A stretch of DNA of 64,000 nt from Parvimonas sp. (GCF_022770425.1 NZ_JALEHY010000013.1), one strand, 5' to 3'. Shown: positions 8,733 through 17,448, counted from the stretch's first letter. Notes: generated by a model from the sequence alone, not told the origin. A program made the numbers and translations.

Positions 8733-9284
8733 TTGATGCTTACATTTTTTATTGGTTTATTTTTATTTAGATATAAATTTATGCCATCTTATTTTGAATA
8801 TTTTTGGCATGATTCACTTATTGTTGTACTTTTAATTTCTCCTATATTTGATTTTATAACTGGAATAACACATGAATTTTTTCATTTTTTAGCTAGTAGT
8901 AAATTTACCTATACATCATCATATTTTTCTATTGGAAGAAGGCTATTAAATGTAGTTTATCAAACAAGGATAAATAATATTTGGTTAATACCAAGAAAAA
9001 GTAGATATTTGATATATTTTTCAGGGATAATTTTAGATTTATTTATTATATGGATTACATTTTATGTTAAATATAATAGTATTATATACAGATTTTCTAG
9101 ATTTGCAATTTTATATTTAGAATTTGGAATAATATTCCAATTTAAATTTTATATGAAGACAGACATTTATTTTTTTATTAGTGATTTTTTAGGTAATCCA
9201 TCATTATATGAAGATTCTATGTCTTTTTTAAAACATATATTTAAAATTGAAAAAAATAAAAATGAATTACTATTATATATTTGA
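8733..9284 (+). CDS. polytopic membrane protein with HExxH motif (M50/site-2-protease-like or DUF3267-like putative zinc peptidase)
   Basis: GITHEFFHFLASS adjoins a hydrophobic segment, and there are several further predicted TM segments. The true 5' end is uncertain: an ATG at 8511 overlaps the upstream stop, but 8511-8732 is broken by stops. Confidence 0.55.
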   Translation: MMLTFFIGLFLFRYKFMPSYFEYFWHDSLIVVLLISPIFDFITGITHEFFHFLASSKFTYTSSYFSIGRRLLNVVYQTRINNIWLIPRKSRYLIYFSGIILDLFIIWITFYVKYNSIIYRFSRFAILYLEFGIIFQFKFYMKTDIYFFISDFLGNPSLYEDSMSFLKHIFKIEKNKNELLLYI

Positions 9285-9481
9285 TATTTATATTGTTGGC
9301 TAGTATAATAGATATGTTGTTTAGTTTGTATTATTTGATTCCGTCATTTAGATATATTTTTGCCAATATCACTGCTGGCGGTGATTTTAAAATTTATGGA
9401 ATCATAACATTATTTTTTTCTTTTATATATTATGGATTTGTATTATATGTTTTTTTAAAAGAAAAAACTAATAAGTTTTAG
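9281..9481 (+). CDS. small 2-TM membrane protein (possibly a frameshifted 3' part of the preceding gene)
   Basis: Hydrophobic 66-aa ORF with a TTG start overlapping the upstream TGA (TTGA). No clear RBS. Confidence 0.3.
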   Translation: MIFILLASIIDMLFSLYYLIPSFRYIFANITAGGDFKIYGIITLFFSFIYYGFVLYVFLKEKTNKF

Positions 9482-9516
9482 TTACATTTAAAACAATTTT
9501 GATTACAAAGCTGTTT

Positions 9517-10050
9517 TGTACATTTGTAAATGATGTGAAACTAAAAATTATAAAAACTATAAAGTGTATGTTAGAATTAAGTGAGAATTAATTTTCATTA
9601 TGAAGATTGTTCCTTAAAAGGATAAATAAATCTTTCACGAGCTGCTTCAATCAAAGAAACGTTAGGATTTCTTCTAATGAGATTTTTAATCCAAAAAATT
9701 TAGGTATCAGTATGAGAATTAGTGAGAATTAGGATTTTAGATAAAGGTCTATGAGATTTATCCATAAGAGATTAAATAGAACCATCAAATATTTTATTCC
9801 AACGCATAAGAGAAGCTTTAGAAATTTTATATTTTCTACAAACAAAACTAACAGAATTACCATTTCTGTTAGTTTTAACGGTATAGTATTGAGAACAAAT
9901 GAGTAATATATCGTTGGTTGAGTTTTATATTTGTTTGATTTAGTGGTATAATATTATTCATAAGAGAGTTCCTTTATAATTAATTTGTTTGTTGTTTTAA
10001 TTATATAGGATATTCTCTTTTTTTGTACATTTGGTCTCACATCAATTGTA
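9517..10050 (-). mobile_element. decayed IS481-like element remnant, copy B (HTH plus adjoining region, at least 2 in-frame stops, DDE core missing)
   Basis: Minus-strand translation reads ...RKYKISKASLMRWNKIFDGSI*SLMDKSHRPLSKILILTNSHTDT*IFWIKNLIRRNPNVSLIEAARERFIYPFKEQSS*. Imperfect terminal inverted repeat between 9525-9541 and 10034-10050 (13/17). Confidence 0.6.
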
Positions 10051-10063
10051 TCATAACATTAAG

Positions 10064-10083
10064 CTAATTAATACTTTTAAACA
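10064..10083. repeat. right copy of the 20-bp direct repeat bounding the island (CTAATTAATACTTTTAAACA)
   Basis: 19/20 identical to 5132-5151. Confidence 0.6.
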
Positions 10084-10165
10084 GTAATTGTAAAAGTAGT
10101 TATAAGTATGTTATAATTATCTTGTAAAATCATACAATTTATACTATCTATAATAGGGGGAAGAA

Positions 10166-11221
10166 ATGAAGAAATTTAGAAAAATTTTGGTTTCAACTTT
10201 GGCACTTGTACTGACTTTAGGAATGTTGTCAGCTTGTGGGTCAAAGAAACAAGAAGTAAAAAAATCAGAAGATGGAAAAACCATTATTGAAAAGGTGTCT
10301 ATCGGATTTGTTCCGTCAAGAGAACCATCGGAAATTGTTACTGCAACAGAACCTTTAAAAACTTTATTGAAAGACCAATTAGTCAAGAGCGGTTTTGATG
10401 TAAAAAATATTGATATAACAGTTGGAACGAGTTTTGAAGCGGTTGGAGAAGGTTTGAATTCAGGAACTTTGGATGTAGGTTTTATCCCTGCAGGAACTTA
10501 TGTTTTATACAGAGACGGTGCAGAAGTTCTTTTAACAGCTACGAGAAAAGGTCTTTCAGTTGACGATAATTCCGCTAAAGTTTGGAATGATAATAAACCA
10601 ACTAAAAAAACCGACAATCAAGTAACTTCATACAGAGCACTTATTATTGCAGGTCCTTCAGAAAAAGGACAAGAATTAGCTAAAAAAGTTAATTCAGGAG
10701 AAAAATTAGCTTGGGAAGATGTTAAAGATTTAAAATGGAGTGTTATGAATCCAACTTCTCCTGCCGGTTATATTTACCCAACTCTTTGGTTAAACGACAC
10801 TTTCGGAAAAACTATTAAAGATTTAGGTAGTAACGCAATTATCAGTGATTCTTACGGATCTGCTTTTGCAAGACTTGCTTCAGGACAGGTAGATGTTCTT
10901 TGTACTTATGCTGACGCAAGAAACGATCAAGAAAAGAAATGGACAGAAAATTATTCAAGAACAGCATCTATTTGGGATGAAACTAATGTTATAGGTGTTA
11001 CAACTCCTATTTATAATGATACTGTAAGCGTTTCAAAAAAATCTAAAACAGTTACTCCTGAATTTAAAAAAGCATTGGAAAAAGCGCTTATTGAGATTGC
11101 TAAAACAGAGGAAGGTAAAAAAGTTATTTCTGTTTACAGCCATGAAGGATATCAACCGGCAAAAGATGCAGATTATGATAATGAAGCGAAAGCTCAAGAT
11201 ATTGTAAAAAAATTAAAATAG
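10166..11221 (+). CDS. phnD: phosphate/phosphite/phosphonate ABC transporter substrate-binding lipoprotein (PhnD family)
   Basis: Lipobox LSAC after the signal peptide. PhnD-like periplasmic binding fold pattern. Followed by phnC and two phnE genes. Confidence 0.8.
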   Translation: MKKFRKILVSTLALVLTLGMLSACGSKKQEVKKSEDGKTIIEKVSIGFVPSREPSEIVTATEPLKTLLKDQLVKSGFDVKNIDITVGTSFEAVGEGLNSGTLDVGFIPAGTYVLYRDGAEVLLTATRKGLSVDDNSAKVWNDNKPTKKTDNQVTSYRALIIAGPSEKGQELAKKVNSGEKLAWEDVKDLKWSVMNPTSPAGYIYPTLWLNDTFGKTIKDLGSNAIISDSYGSAFARLASGQVDVLCTYADARNDQEKKWTENYSRTASIWDETNVIGVTTPIYNDTVSVSKKSKTVTPEFKKALEKALIEIAKTEEGKKVISVYSHEGYQPAKDADYDNEAKAQDIVKKLK

Positions 11222-11302
11222 TTATTATTTGTTGAATTGTATGAAATTTTAGGGAGAGAGCAATCTCTCCTTTTTTAAACTTAAACGAAATTGGAGAAAA
11301 TT

Positions 11303-12058
11303 ATGATAGAATTTAAGAAAGTTAGTAAAGTTTATCCTAATGGAACTAAAGGACTTGTAGATGTTGACTTAAAAATAGAGCAAGGAGAATTTGTTGCAAT
11401 AATCGGACTCTCAGGTTCTGGTAAATCAACCTTAATCAGATGTGTCAATAAGATGCATGAAATTACTTCCGGTGAACTCGTTGTAAATGATATTGATGTA
11501 AAGAAAATTAGTGGTAAAGAAATTAGAAAGTTTAGAAGAAATATCGGTATGATATTTCAATCCTTTAATCTTGTTACAAGGACTACTGTAATAAAAAATG
11601 TTCTTACTGCATTTGTTCCTGACCTTAAAGGCTTTAGAAAATTTTTTGGAATTTTTCCTAAAGAATGTAAAATAAAGTCTTTGGAAGCACTTGATAAAGT
11701 AGATATGCTTGAAAAAGCTTATGTCAGAGTGGATCAGCTTTCAGGAGGTCAACAGCAAAGAGTTGCTCTTGCAAGAGCGTTGGGACAAAATCCACAAATA
11801 ATTTTGGCTGATGAACCCGTTGCAGCATTAGATCCTGTTACTTCAAATCAAGTTATGACTGATTTTAAGAGAATTAATAAGGAAAATAAAATAACAATTC
11901 TTATAAATATTCATGATGTAGAACTTGCACTAAAATATTGTGACAGAGTTATCGGTATAAATAAAGGGAGAATTGTTTATGATGGAAGCTCGAAAAATAT
12001 TAATAATGAAATTTTAGATAAAATTTACCAAAAAGATTTATTTGTAAGCGGAGAATAA
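11303..12058 (+). CDS. phnC: phosphonate-type ABC transporter ATP-binding protein
   Basis: Walker A GLSGSGKST, signature LSGGQQQR, Walker B ILADEP. The N-terminus MIEFKKVSKVYPNG is typical of PhnC. Confidence 0.85.
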   Translation: MIEFKKVSKVYPNGTKGLVDVDLKIEQGEFVAIIGLSGSGKSTLIRCVNKMHEITSGELVVNDIDVKKISGKEIRKFRRNIGMIFQSFNLVTRTTVIKNVLTAFVPDLKGFRKFFGIFPKECKIKSLEALDKVDMLEKAYVRVDQLSGGQQQRVALARALGQNPQIILADEPVAALDPVTSNQVMTDFKRINKENKITILINIHDVELALKYCDRVIGINKGRIVYDGSSKNINNEILDKIYQKDLFVSGE

Positions 12059-12060
12059 GT

Positions 12061-12882
12061 ATGAAAAATTTATTTGATAAAATATTTCCGAATGAAAAAA
12101 TAATTTTGAAAAACGGAAAAACAGTTTTAAGACCCAGATCAAAAACTCCTATTATATCTTTATTTGTGATTGTTTTTATTTACATTTCGGCTAAGGTTAC
12201 GAATTTTAATTTGGAAGTTTTTGAAAATTTCAGTAATTTTTTTGATATCTTAAAAGGTATGTTTCCACCGGATTTAAGTTATACAAAAGAAATATTGACA
12301 CCACTTGCAGATACGGTAAAAATGTCACTTATCGGCTCTTTTTTAGGGGCTGTATGCTCATTGCCTATTGCGATTTTAGCCGCTAATAATATAATGAAAA
12401 ATAAGTTTATAAATGGAATTTTCAAATTATTTTTAAGTATATTAAGAACTTTACCTTCTCTTGTAATAGCACTTATAGCTACTTATATTTGGGGGCTTGG
12501 TACATTTGCCGGAACTGTTGCAATTTTTGTGTTTTCCTTATCTTATGTCGGAAAACTTCTTTATGAATCAATTGAAAGTGTAGATATGGGTGCATTTGAA
12601 TGTATGGAATCTATGGGATTTACAAAATTTTATGCATTTAGATATGCGATTTTACCTGTTATTTTGCCTTCATTTATTTCAACTTCATTGTTTAACTTCG
12701 AAGGTAATGTAAGATATGCAGCTATATTAGGATATGTAGGTGCAGGTGGAATAGGACTTATTTTAAATGAAAAACTCGGATGGAGAGATTATTCTAAAGT
12801 TGGAACTATAATTTTGCTATTGCTTTTAACGGTTTTTATTATTGAAACTATAAGCGAACATTTTAGAGGAAGATTGGAGTAA
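12061..12882 (+). CDS. phnE: phosphonate-type ABC transporter permease
   Basis: Polytopic membrane protein with a C-terminal GYVGAGGIG motif typical of PhnE. Confidence 0.8.
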   Translation: MKNLFDKIFPNEKIILKNGKTVLRPRSKTPIISLFVIVFIYISAKVTNFNLEVFENFSNFFDILKGMFPPDLSYTKEILTPLADTVKMSLIGSFLGAVCSLPIAILAANNIMKNKFINGIFKLFLSILRTLPSLVIALIATYIWGLGTFAGTVAIFVFSLSYVGKLLYESIESVDMGAFECMESMGFTKFYAFRYAILPVILPSFISTSLFNFEGNVRYAAILGYVGAGGIGLILNEKLGWRDYSKVGTIILLLLLTVFIIETISEHFRGRLE

Positions 12883-12885
12883 TAG

Positions 12886-13701
12886 ATGAAAAATTTAAAA
12901 GTAGAAGAAAAATTAAAAGAAGAACCTAAATCATATATGTATATATTATCAATTATTTTGATTGTTGCAGTTTTATTGTTATGGTCTGCAATGTCAATAA
13001 AGAAAGGAGATACTGCCGGTGAATCTTCACGTATTGCAAAAAGTATAATCACTGGTATTTTAAATCCTGATTGGAATTTTTTACTTAGATTAGATAAACA
13101 GGGAGTTATGTATTTGTTATTTGAAACAATATGCATTGCATTTTTAGGTACAATAATCGGTGCAATAATTTCCATACCTTTTGCATTTGTTTCTGCAAAA
13201 AAAATTGTTTCAAAGTATGTTGCATGGTTTGGAAAAATCTTGACTATGTGTGTTAGAACAATTCCTGCTTTTATATATGGTTTGATGTTTATCGGAGTTA
13301 CAGGTCCCGGAGCATTGGCAGGTGTTTTTACAATGTCTGTTGTTTCTATAGGTATGGTAACAAAGTTATATATTGATGTTATAGAAGATTTAGATTTTGG
13401 AATCATTGAGTCACTTTCTGCTATTGGATGTACAAAAATCGAACAAATAAGATATGGAATTTTGCCTCAACTTTATTCAAAATTAATATCAATTGTTATT
13501 TATAGATTTGATATGAATCTAAGAGATGCTGCAGTATTAGGACTTGTAGGAGCAGGAGGTATTGGAGCTCCTCTTATATTTGCTATGAATGCTTATCGTT
13601 GGAATGAAGTAGGTTCGATATTGCTCGGTATAATCATTTTAGTTTTAATTATAGAAGTTTTTTCAAATAAAATAAGAAGAAAACTTGCAAGAGGGTATTA
13701 A
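12886..13701 (+). CDS. phnE: phosphonate-type ABC transporter permease (second copy)
   Basis: Paralogue of the preceding gene; GLVGAGGIG motif. Confidence 0.8.
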   Translation: MKNLKVEEKLKEEPKSYMYILSIILIVAVLLLWSAMSIKKGDTAGESSRIAKSIITGILNPDWNFLLRLDKQGVMYLLFETICIAFLGTIIGAIISIPFAFVSAKKIVSKYVAWFGKILTMCVRTIPAFIYGLMFIGVTGPGALAGVFTMSVVSIGMVTKLYIDVIEDLDFGIIESLSAIGCTKIEQIRYGILPQLYSKLISIVIYRFDMNLRDAAVLGLVGAGGIGAPLIFAMNAYRWNEVGSILLGIIILVLIIEVFSNKIRRKLARGY

Positions 13702-13702
13702 T

Positions 13703-15205
13703 ATGGCTTTTACTATTATTTCTACAACAGATGTTCACGGAAATTTACTTGCTTACGACTTTGTAAATTCAATTACATCAAAAAAAGGACTTTCGAGATT
13801 TTCAAGTTATCTAAAAAGTAAAAGAGAAAATGAAAAAGTAATATATGTAGATAACGGAGATATTAACCAAGGTACTCCTATTGTGACTTATTCTAATAGT
13901 AATATATCACACAATGTTGTTGCTGTTTGTTTGAATTATTTAAATTGTGATTATATAAATATAGGCAATCATGATTTTAATTACGGAAGTGAGTTTTTAT
14001 ATACCTATGTTAAAGAAAATAATGCGGAATGTATAACTCAAAATGTAAAATACAAAGAGAAAAATCTCGGAAATTTTAAAATAATAGAAATTGATGGGAA
14101 AAAAGTTGCTTTTATTGGCGTTGTTACCGATTACATTCATAACTGGGAAAATCCTAAAAATTTAGAGAATTTAGAAATATTAAATGTTTTTGATGTTGTA
14201 AAAGAAAGTGTTGACAAAGTAAGAAGAGAAGTTGATTATGTTGTGGTATTTTATCATGGAGGATTTGAAAGAGATTTAGAAACAGGAAAACCGACTGAAA
14301 ATTTAACCGGAGAAAATATCGGATATAAAATGTGTGATGAAATTGATGGAATTGATGTATTAATTACCGGACATCAACACAGAAATTTGGTTGGTAAAAT
14401 AAAAAATACTGTTGTAATTCAATGTCAGGACGGTTGTTCTAAGTGTATGGAAGTTAATATTGATGATGAAATTTCTGCTAATATTATTGATGTTTCAGAG
14501 TATGATATAGATAAAGAATTGGAAAAAAAATTTGATTTAATTCTAAAAGATACTGAACTTTGGCTTGACACTGAAATTGGAGTTTGTAATTTGGAAGATG
14601 TTTATATTAAAGATATAAAACAAGCTCAATTGGAAAAACACCCTATAAGTTCTTTTATAAATAAAATTCAAAAAGAGTATATGAACGCAGATATATCTGC
14701 TTGTTGTCTTTTTGATGTTATGCCCGGTTTTGGGAAAAATTTAAAGTACAGAGATATAATTTTAAATTATCCGTTCCCTAATACTTTGGTTTTAAAAGAA
14801 ATGACAGGAGAAGATTTACTTCAATATCTGACACAACTTTCAGACTATTGGGTAGTAAATGATGATAAGATTGAAATAAATCCAAAATTTTTGTATCCGA
14901 AAAGAGAAATTTATAACTATGATTTATTGGATGGAATTGAATATACAATAAATGTTTCAAAAATAGGCAAAAATTTTATAACTGATGTCAAAATTAATGG
15001 TGAAAATTTAATCTTAGATAAAAAGTATTCACTTGTATTAAATAATTACAGGGCAACGGGCGGAGGAAATTTTTCACTGTTTCCAAAACTTAAAACTTTA
15101 AAAGAAGACACAAGAGATATTGCTGATGTTTTGATTGATTATGTAAAGAAACATAATTATATTGAAATTGAAAATAAAAAGAATATTAAATTAAAAATAG
15201 TTTAA
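13703..15205 (+). CDS. metallophosphoesterase / 5'-nucleotidase-family protein (no signal peptide)
   Basis: Calcineurin-like motifs TDVHGN, DNGDINQG, GNHDFN, GHQH, plus a 5'-nucleotidase-type C-terminal domain. ATG 13703 directly follows the phnE stop. Confidence 0.8.
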   Translation: MAFTIISTTDVHGNLLAYDFVNSITSKKGLSRFSSYLKSKRENEKVIYVDNGDINQGTPIVTYSNSNISHNVVAVCLNYLNCDYINIGNHDFNYGSEFLYTYVKENNAECITQNVKYKEKNLGNFKIIEIDGKKVAFIGVVTDYIHNWENPKNLENLEILNVFDVVKESVDKVRREVDYVVVFYHGGFERDLETGKPTENLTGENIGYKMCDEIDGIDVLITGHQHRNLVGKIKNTVVIQCQDGCSKCMEVNIDDEISANIIDVSEYDIDKELEKKFDLILKDTELWLDTEIGVCNLEDVYIKDIKQAQLEKHPISSFINKIQKEYMNADISACCLFDVMPGFGKNLKYRDIILNYPFPNTLVLKEMTGEDLLQYLTQLSDYWVVNDDKIEINPKFLYPKREIYNYDLLDGIEYTINVSKIGKNFITDVKINGENLILDKKYSLVLNNYRATGGGNFSLFPKLKTLKEDTRDIADVLIDYVKKHNYIEIENKKNIKLKIV

Positions 15206-15232
15206 AAAACGCTTATTAAAGCGTTTTTTATT
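15204..15232 (+). terminator. rho-independent terminator (AAAAAACGC/GCGTTTTTT)
   Basis: Stem followed by a T-run. Near-identical copy at 17164-17190. Confidence 0.7.
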
Positions 15233-15304
15233 TGTATTAAAGAAAACTATGTGAATATAATTTGATATATAAAACTTGGAAAATAAAGAGTATTTTTTAA
15301 GGCT

Positions 15305-15333
15305 TTGACATTTTTTATTTTTGTTGATATAAT
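15305..15333 (+). promoter_or_regulatory. consensus sigma-A promoter TTGACA-17-TATAAT
   Basis: TTGACA at 15305-15310, TATAAT at 15328-15333. Confidence 0.6.
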
Positions 15334-15397
15334 CAATTGCAAGAAAAGGTTATTTTTTTAAATATATAAGATTGTTATATAAGGAGGCTATATCTCA

Positions 15398-17014
15398 TTG
15401 AAAAAGTCTAAATTTTATTTACCGATTGAGTTAAAAACTTCTAATGTGATTTTTCTTTGTGTTTTTTCGCTCATTGTGTATTTAATTTCACTTATTTTTC
15501 CGTATATTTTTAAATATGTGCTTGATAATGTGGAGGATATTAAGAGTGAAAAACTATATTCGTACATATTAGGTATAATTTTATTTGCCTTTTTTTCACA
15601 TGGACTAAGTTACTTATGTGATTACCTAAATCAGATTTTTTGTAACAAAACTGCTTTGAGATATCAAAAAGAAATTGTAAAAAAGATTTCTGCGATAAAT
15701 ACACCGGATTATGAAGCAATGAACAAAGCAAAGGTTTTAAATCTTTTGAATTATGATATTGCAGTGATTTATACATATATTAATTTAAAAATAGATTTGG
15801 TTGTTGATGCAATAAAGATTTTTGTTGTAGCGCTCATATTACTTAGAATTAATTATATTCTTGCAGGAATAACGTTTCTTTTAATTCCTATTTATTATCT
15901 TGGAAATTACTTTAACAAAAATAAAATGGAAAAATTAGCGAAAGAGCAAGTTTTACTTGGAGATAAGAGTTTTGAACAAGCTCAAGATGTTGTTTCAAAA
16001 AAAACAAGTATTGAACTTTTTAAGGCGTGGAAATTATTTTTTAAAAAATTTAACCGTATGTCAGAAGAGTATTGGAAAGTTACTGGGATAAAGCATAAAT
16101 TTTTAATTTTAAATATGGAATTTCCAAAGTTTATTTCAACTTTAAGTCCTTTTGTGGTTTTAATTTTGGGGGCAAGTTTTGTTCATAGGGGAGTTTTTAC
16201 GATAGGAACTTTGATTATGTTTTTACAATATGCTAAAATGATTTACACTCCGATAACATCAATTGCCAACTTAAAGGCAAATGCAAATGCTTCGATTGCA
16301 AGTTTTGAAAGAATCAGAAATTTTTTAAACTATGAAAATGAAGAAAATAATTATTCAAAACTTTTTGTAAAACAAGAAATTCCAATAGAAATTAAAAATG
16401 TTGAAATTACAAATGCTAATGGTGAATTATTGTTTAAAATAGAGGACTTTAAAATTTCTAAAAACGGTCTTTATATTTTGAAAGGAGATAACGGAACAGG
16501 TAAAACTACACTTTTAAATTTACTTGCAGGTGTTTATTCGGTAAGTCAAATTAAAGAAAAAGACGGATATTTTAGAATAGCGGAAAATCAAAAAGAGGAA
16601 ATTTCTTATTTGTATAATCCTGCAATGTTATTTAACGGAACTGTTAAAGAAAATATAGTCTTATCCGAAACGGAGAGTGAAAAACAGATTTCAAAGATGA
16701 GAAATCTTTTAAGAAGATTTAATGCAAAAGATGAGAATTATGAAGTTAAAACTACTCCTGCTAATCTTTCGCTCGGAGAACAGCAAAAATTGTTTTTGAT
16801 TAGGACTTTTATGCAAGAAAAAAATATTATTTTGCTTGATGAACCGTCAGCTAATTTAGATGTTGATTCAAAAGTTATCCTGAGGGATTTTTTAAAAGAG
16901 CAAAAAGAAAATCATATAATAATTTTGATTGCTCACGATTTACTTTATGAAAAAATTTCAGATGAAATTTATAATATAAGTAATAAAAATTTAGTTAAAA
17001 CAAAATATATTTGA
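15398..17014 (+). CDS. fused TMD-NBD ABC exporter (half transporter)
   Basis: N-terminal 6-TM-like domain. Walker A GDNGTGKTT, signature LSLGEQQK, Walker B ILLDEP. TTG start 9 nt after GGAGG. Confidence 0.8.
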   Translation: MKKSKFYLPIELKTSNVIFLCVFSLIVYLISLIFPYIFKYVLDNVEDIKSEKLYSYILGIILFAFFSHGLSYLCDYLNQIFCNKTALRYQKEIVKKISAINTPDYEAMNKAKVLNLLNYDIAVIYTYINLKIDLVVDAIKIFVVALILLRINYILAGITFLLIPIYYLGNYFNKNKMEKLAKEQVLLGDKSFEQAQDVVSKKTSIELFKAWKLFFKKFNRMSEEYWKVTGIKHKFLILNMEFPKFISTLSPFVVLILGASFVHRGVFTIGTLIMFLQYAKMIYTPITSIANLKANANASIASFERIRNFLNYENEENNYSKLFVKQEIPIEIKNVEITNANGELLFKIEDFKISKNGLYILKGDNGTGKTTLLNLLAGVYSVSQIKEKDGYFRIAENQKEEISYLYNPAMLFNGTVKENIVLSETESEKQISKMRNLLRRFNAKDENYEVKTTPANLSLGEQQKLFLIRTFMQEKNIILLDEPSANLDVDSKVILRDFLKEQKENHIIILIAHDLLYEKISDEIYNISNKNLVKTKYI

Positions 17015-17163
17015 ACTTAAGGGATATGATTTAATCCATATTGTTTTATAGTAAATTTATTTTATTTACTAATCGTATATTGTAAAATTAAGTTAGACTG
17101 ATATGAAAAAACATCTCAAATAGGTTAAATAAAATAGTTAAGCTAAAAACTAAAGAATAATTT

Positions 17164-17190
17164 AAAAAACGCTTCTAAAGCGTTTTTTAT
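17164..17190 (+). terminator. rho-independent terminator, near-duplicate of 15204-15232
   Basis: AAAAAACGC/GCGTTTTTT stem followed by a T-run. Confidence 0.65.
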
Positions 17191-17277
17191 TTGTTTTAAG
17201 TCGGTTGTTAATTTATACTATTTGTGTTAAACTTATGGAAAGAGATGCTTATTGAATAAAGAAACGAGGTGTTTGTT

Positions 17278-17448
17278 GTGGAAGAAAATAAAACTACAGT
17301 TATAAAAAAGACAGTTAAGTCAGGAATTACTTTTGGAAGTGCATTGGCTATGGTAATAAGTTATGCAACTTGGAAATCAATCGGTTGGGCAATTTTCCAT
17401 GGATTACTTAGTTGGGGTTATGTAATATATTTTATTTTAAGATATTAA
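17278..17448 (+). CDS. small conserved-looking 2-TM membrane protein, 56 aa (not in ORF track)
   Basis: GAGGTG RBS, GTG start. VEENKTTVIKKTVKSGITFGSALAMVISYATWKSIGWAIFHGLLSWGYVIYFILRY. Confidence 0.5.
   Translation: MEENKTTVIKKTVKSGITFGSALAMVISYATWKSIGWAIFHGLLSWGYVIYFILRY

Noticed and set aside
12789-13406. 205-aa minus-strand ORF, plus similar long antisense ORFs at 25034-25483, 58855-59352, 41842-42216, 47795-48175, 8197-8562, 42804-43118 and several inside the protease gene (for example 21217-21546 and 21725-22036)
   Set aside because: Each lies entirely inside a well-supported gene on the opposite strand. They have no RBS and show skewed, low-complexity composition (Ile/Ser/Phe/Leu-rich) typical of shadow ORFs in AT-rich DNA.
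15398-17014. The ABC exporter as the dedicated exporter/peptidase for the cassette peptide
   Set aside because: It lies about 6 kb away, outside the island's direct repeats, and is separated by the phn operon. It has no N-terminal C39 peptidase domain and has its own promoter and terminators.
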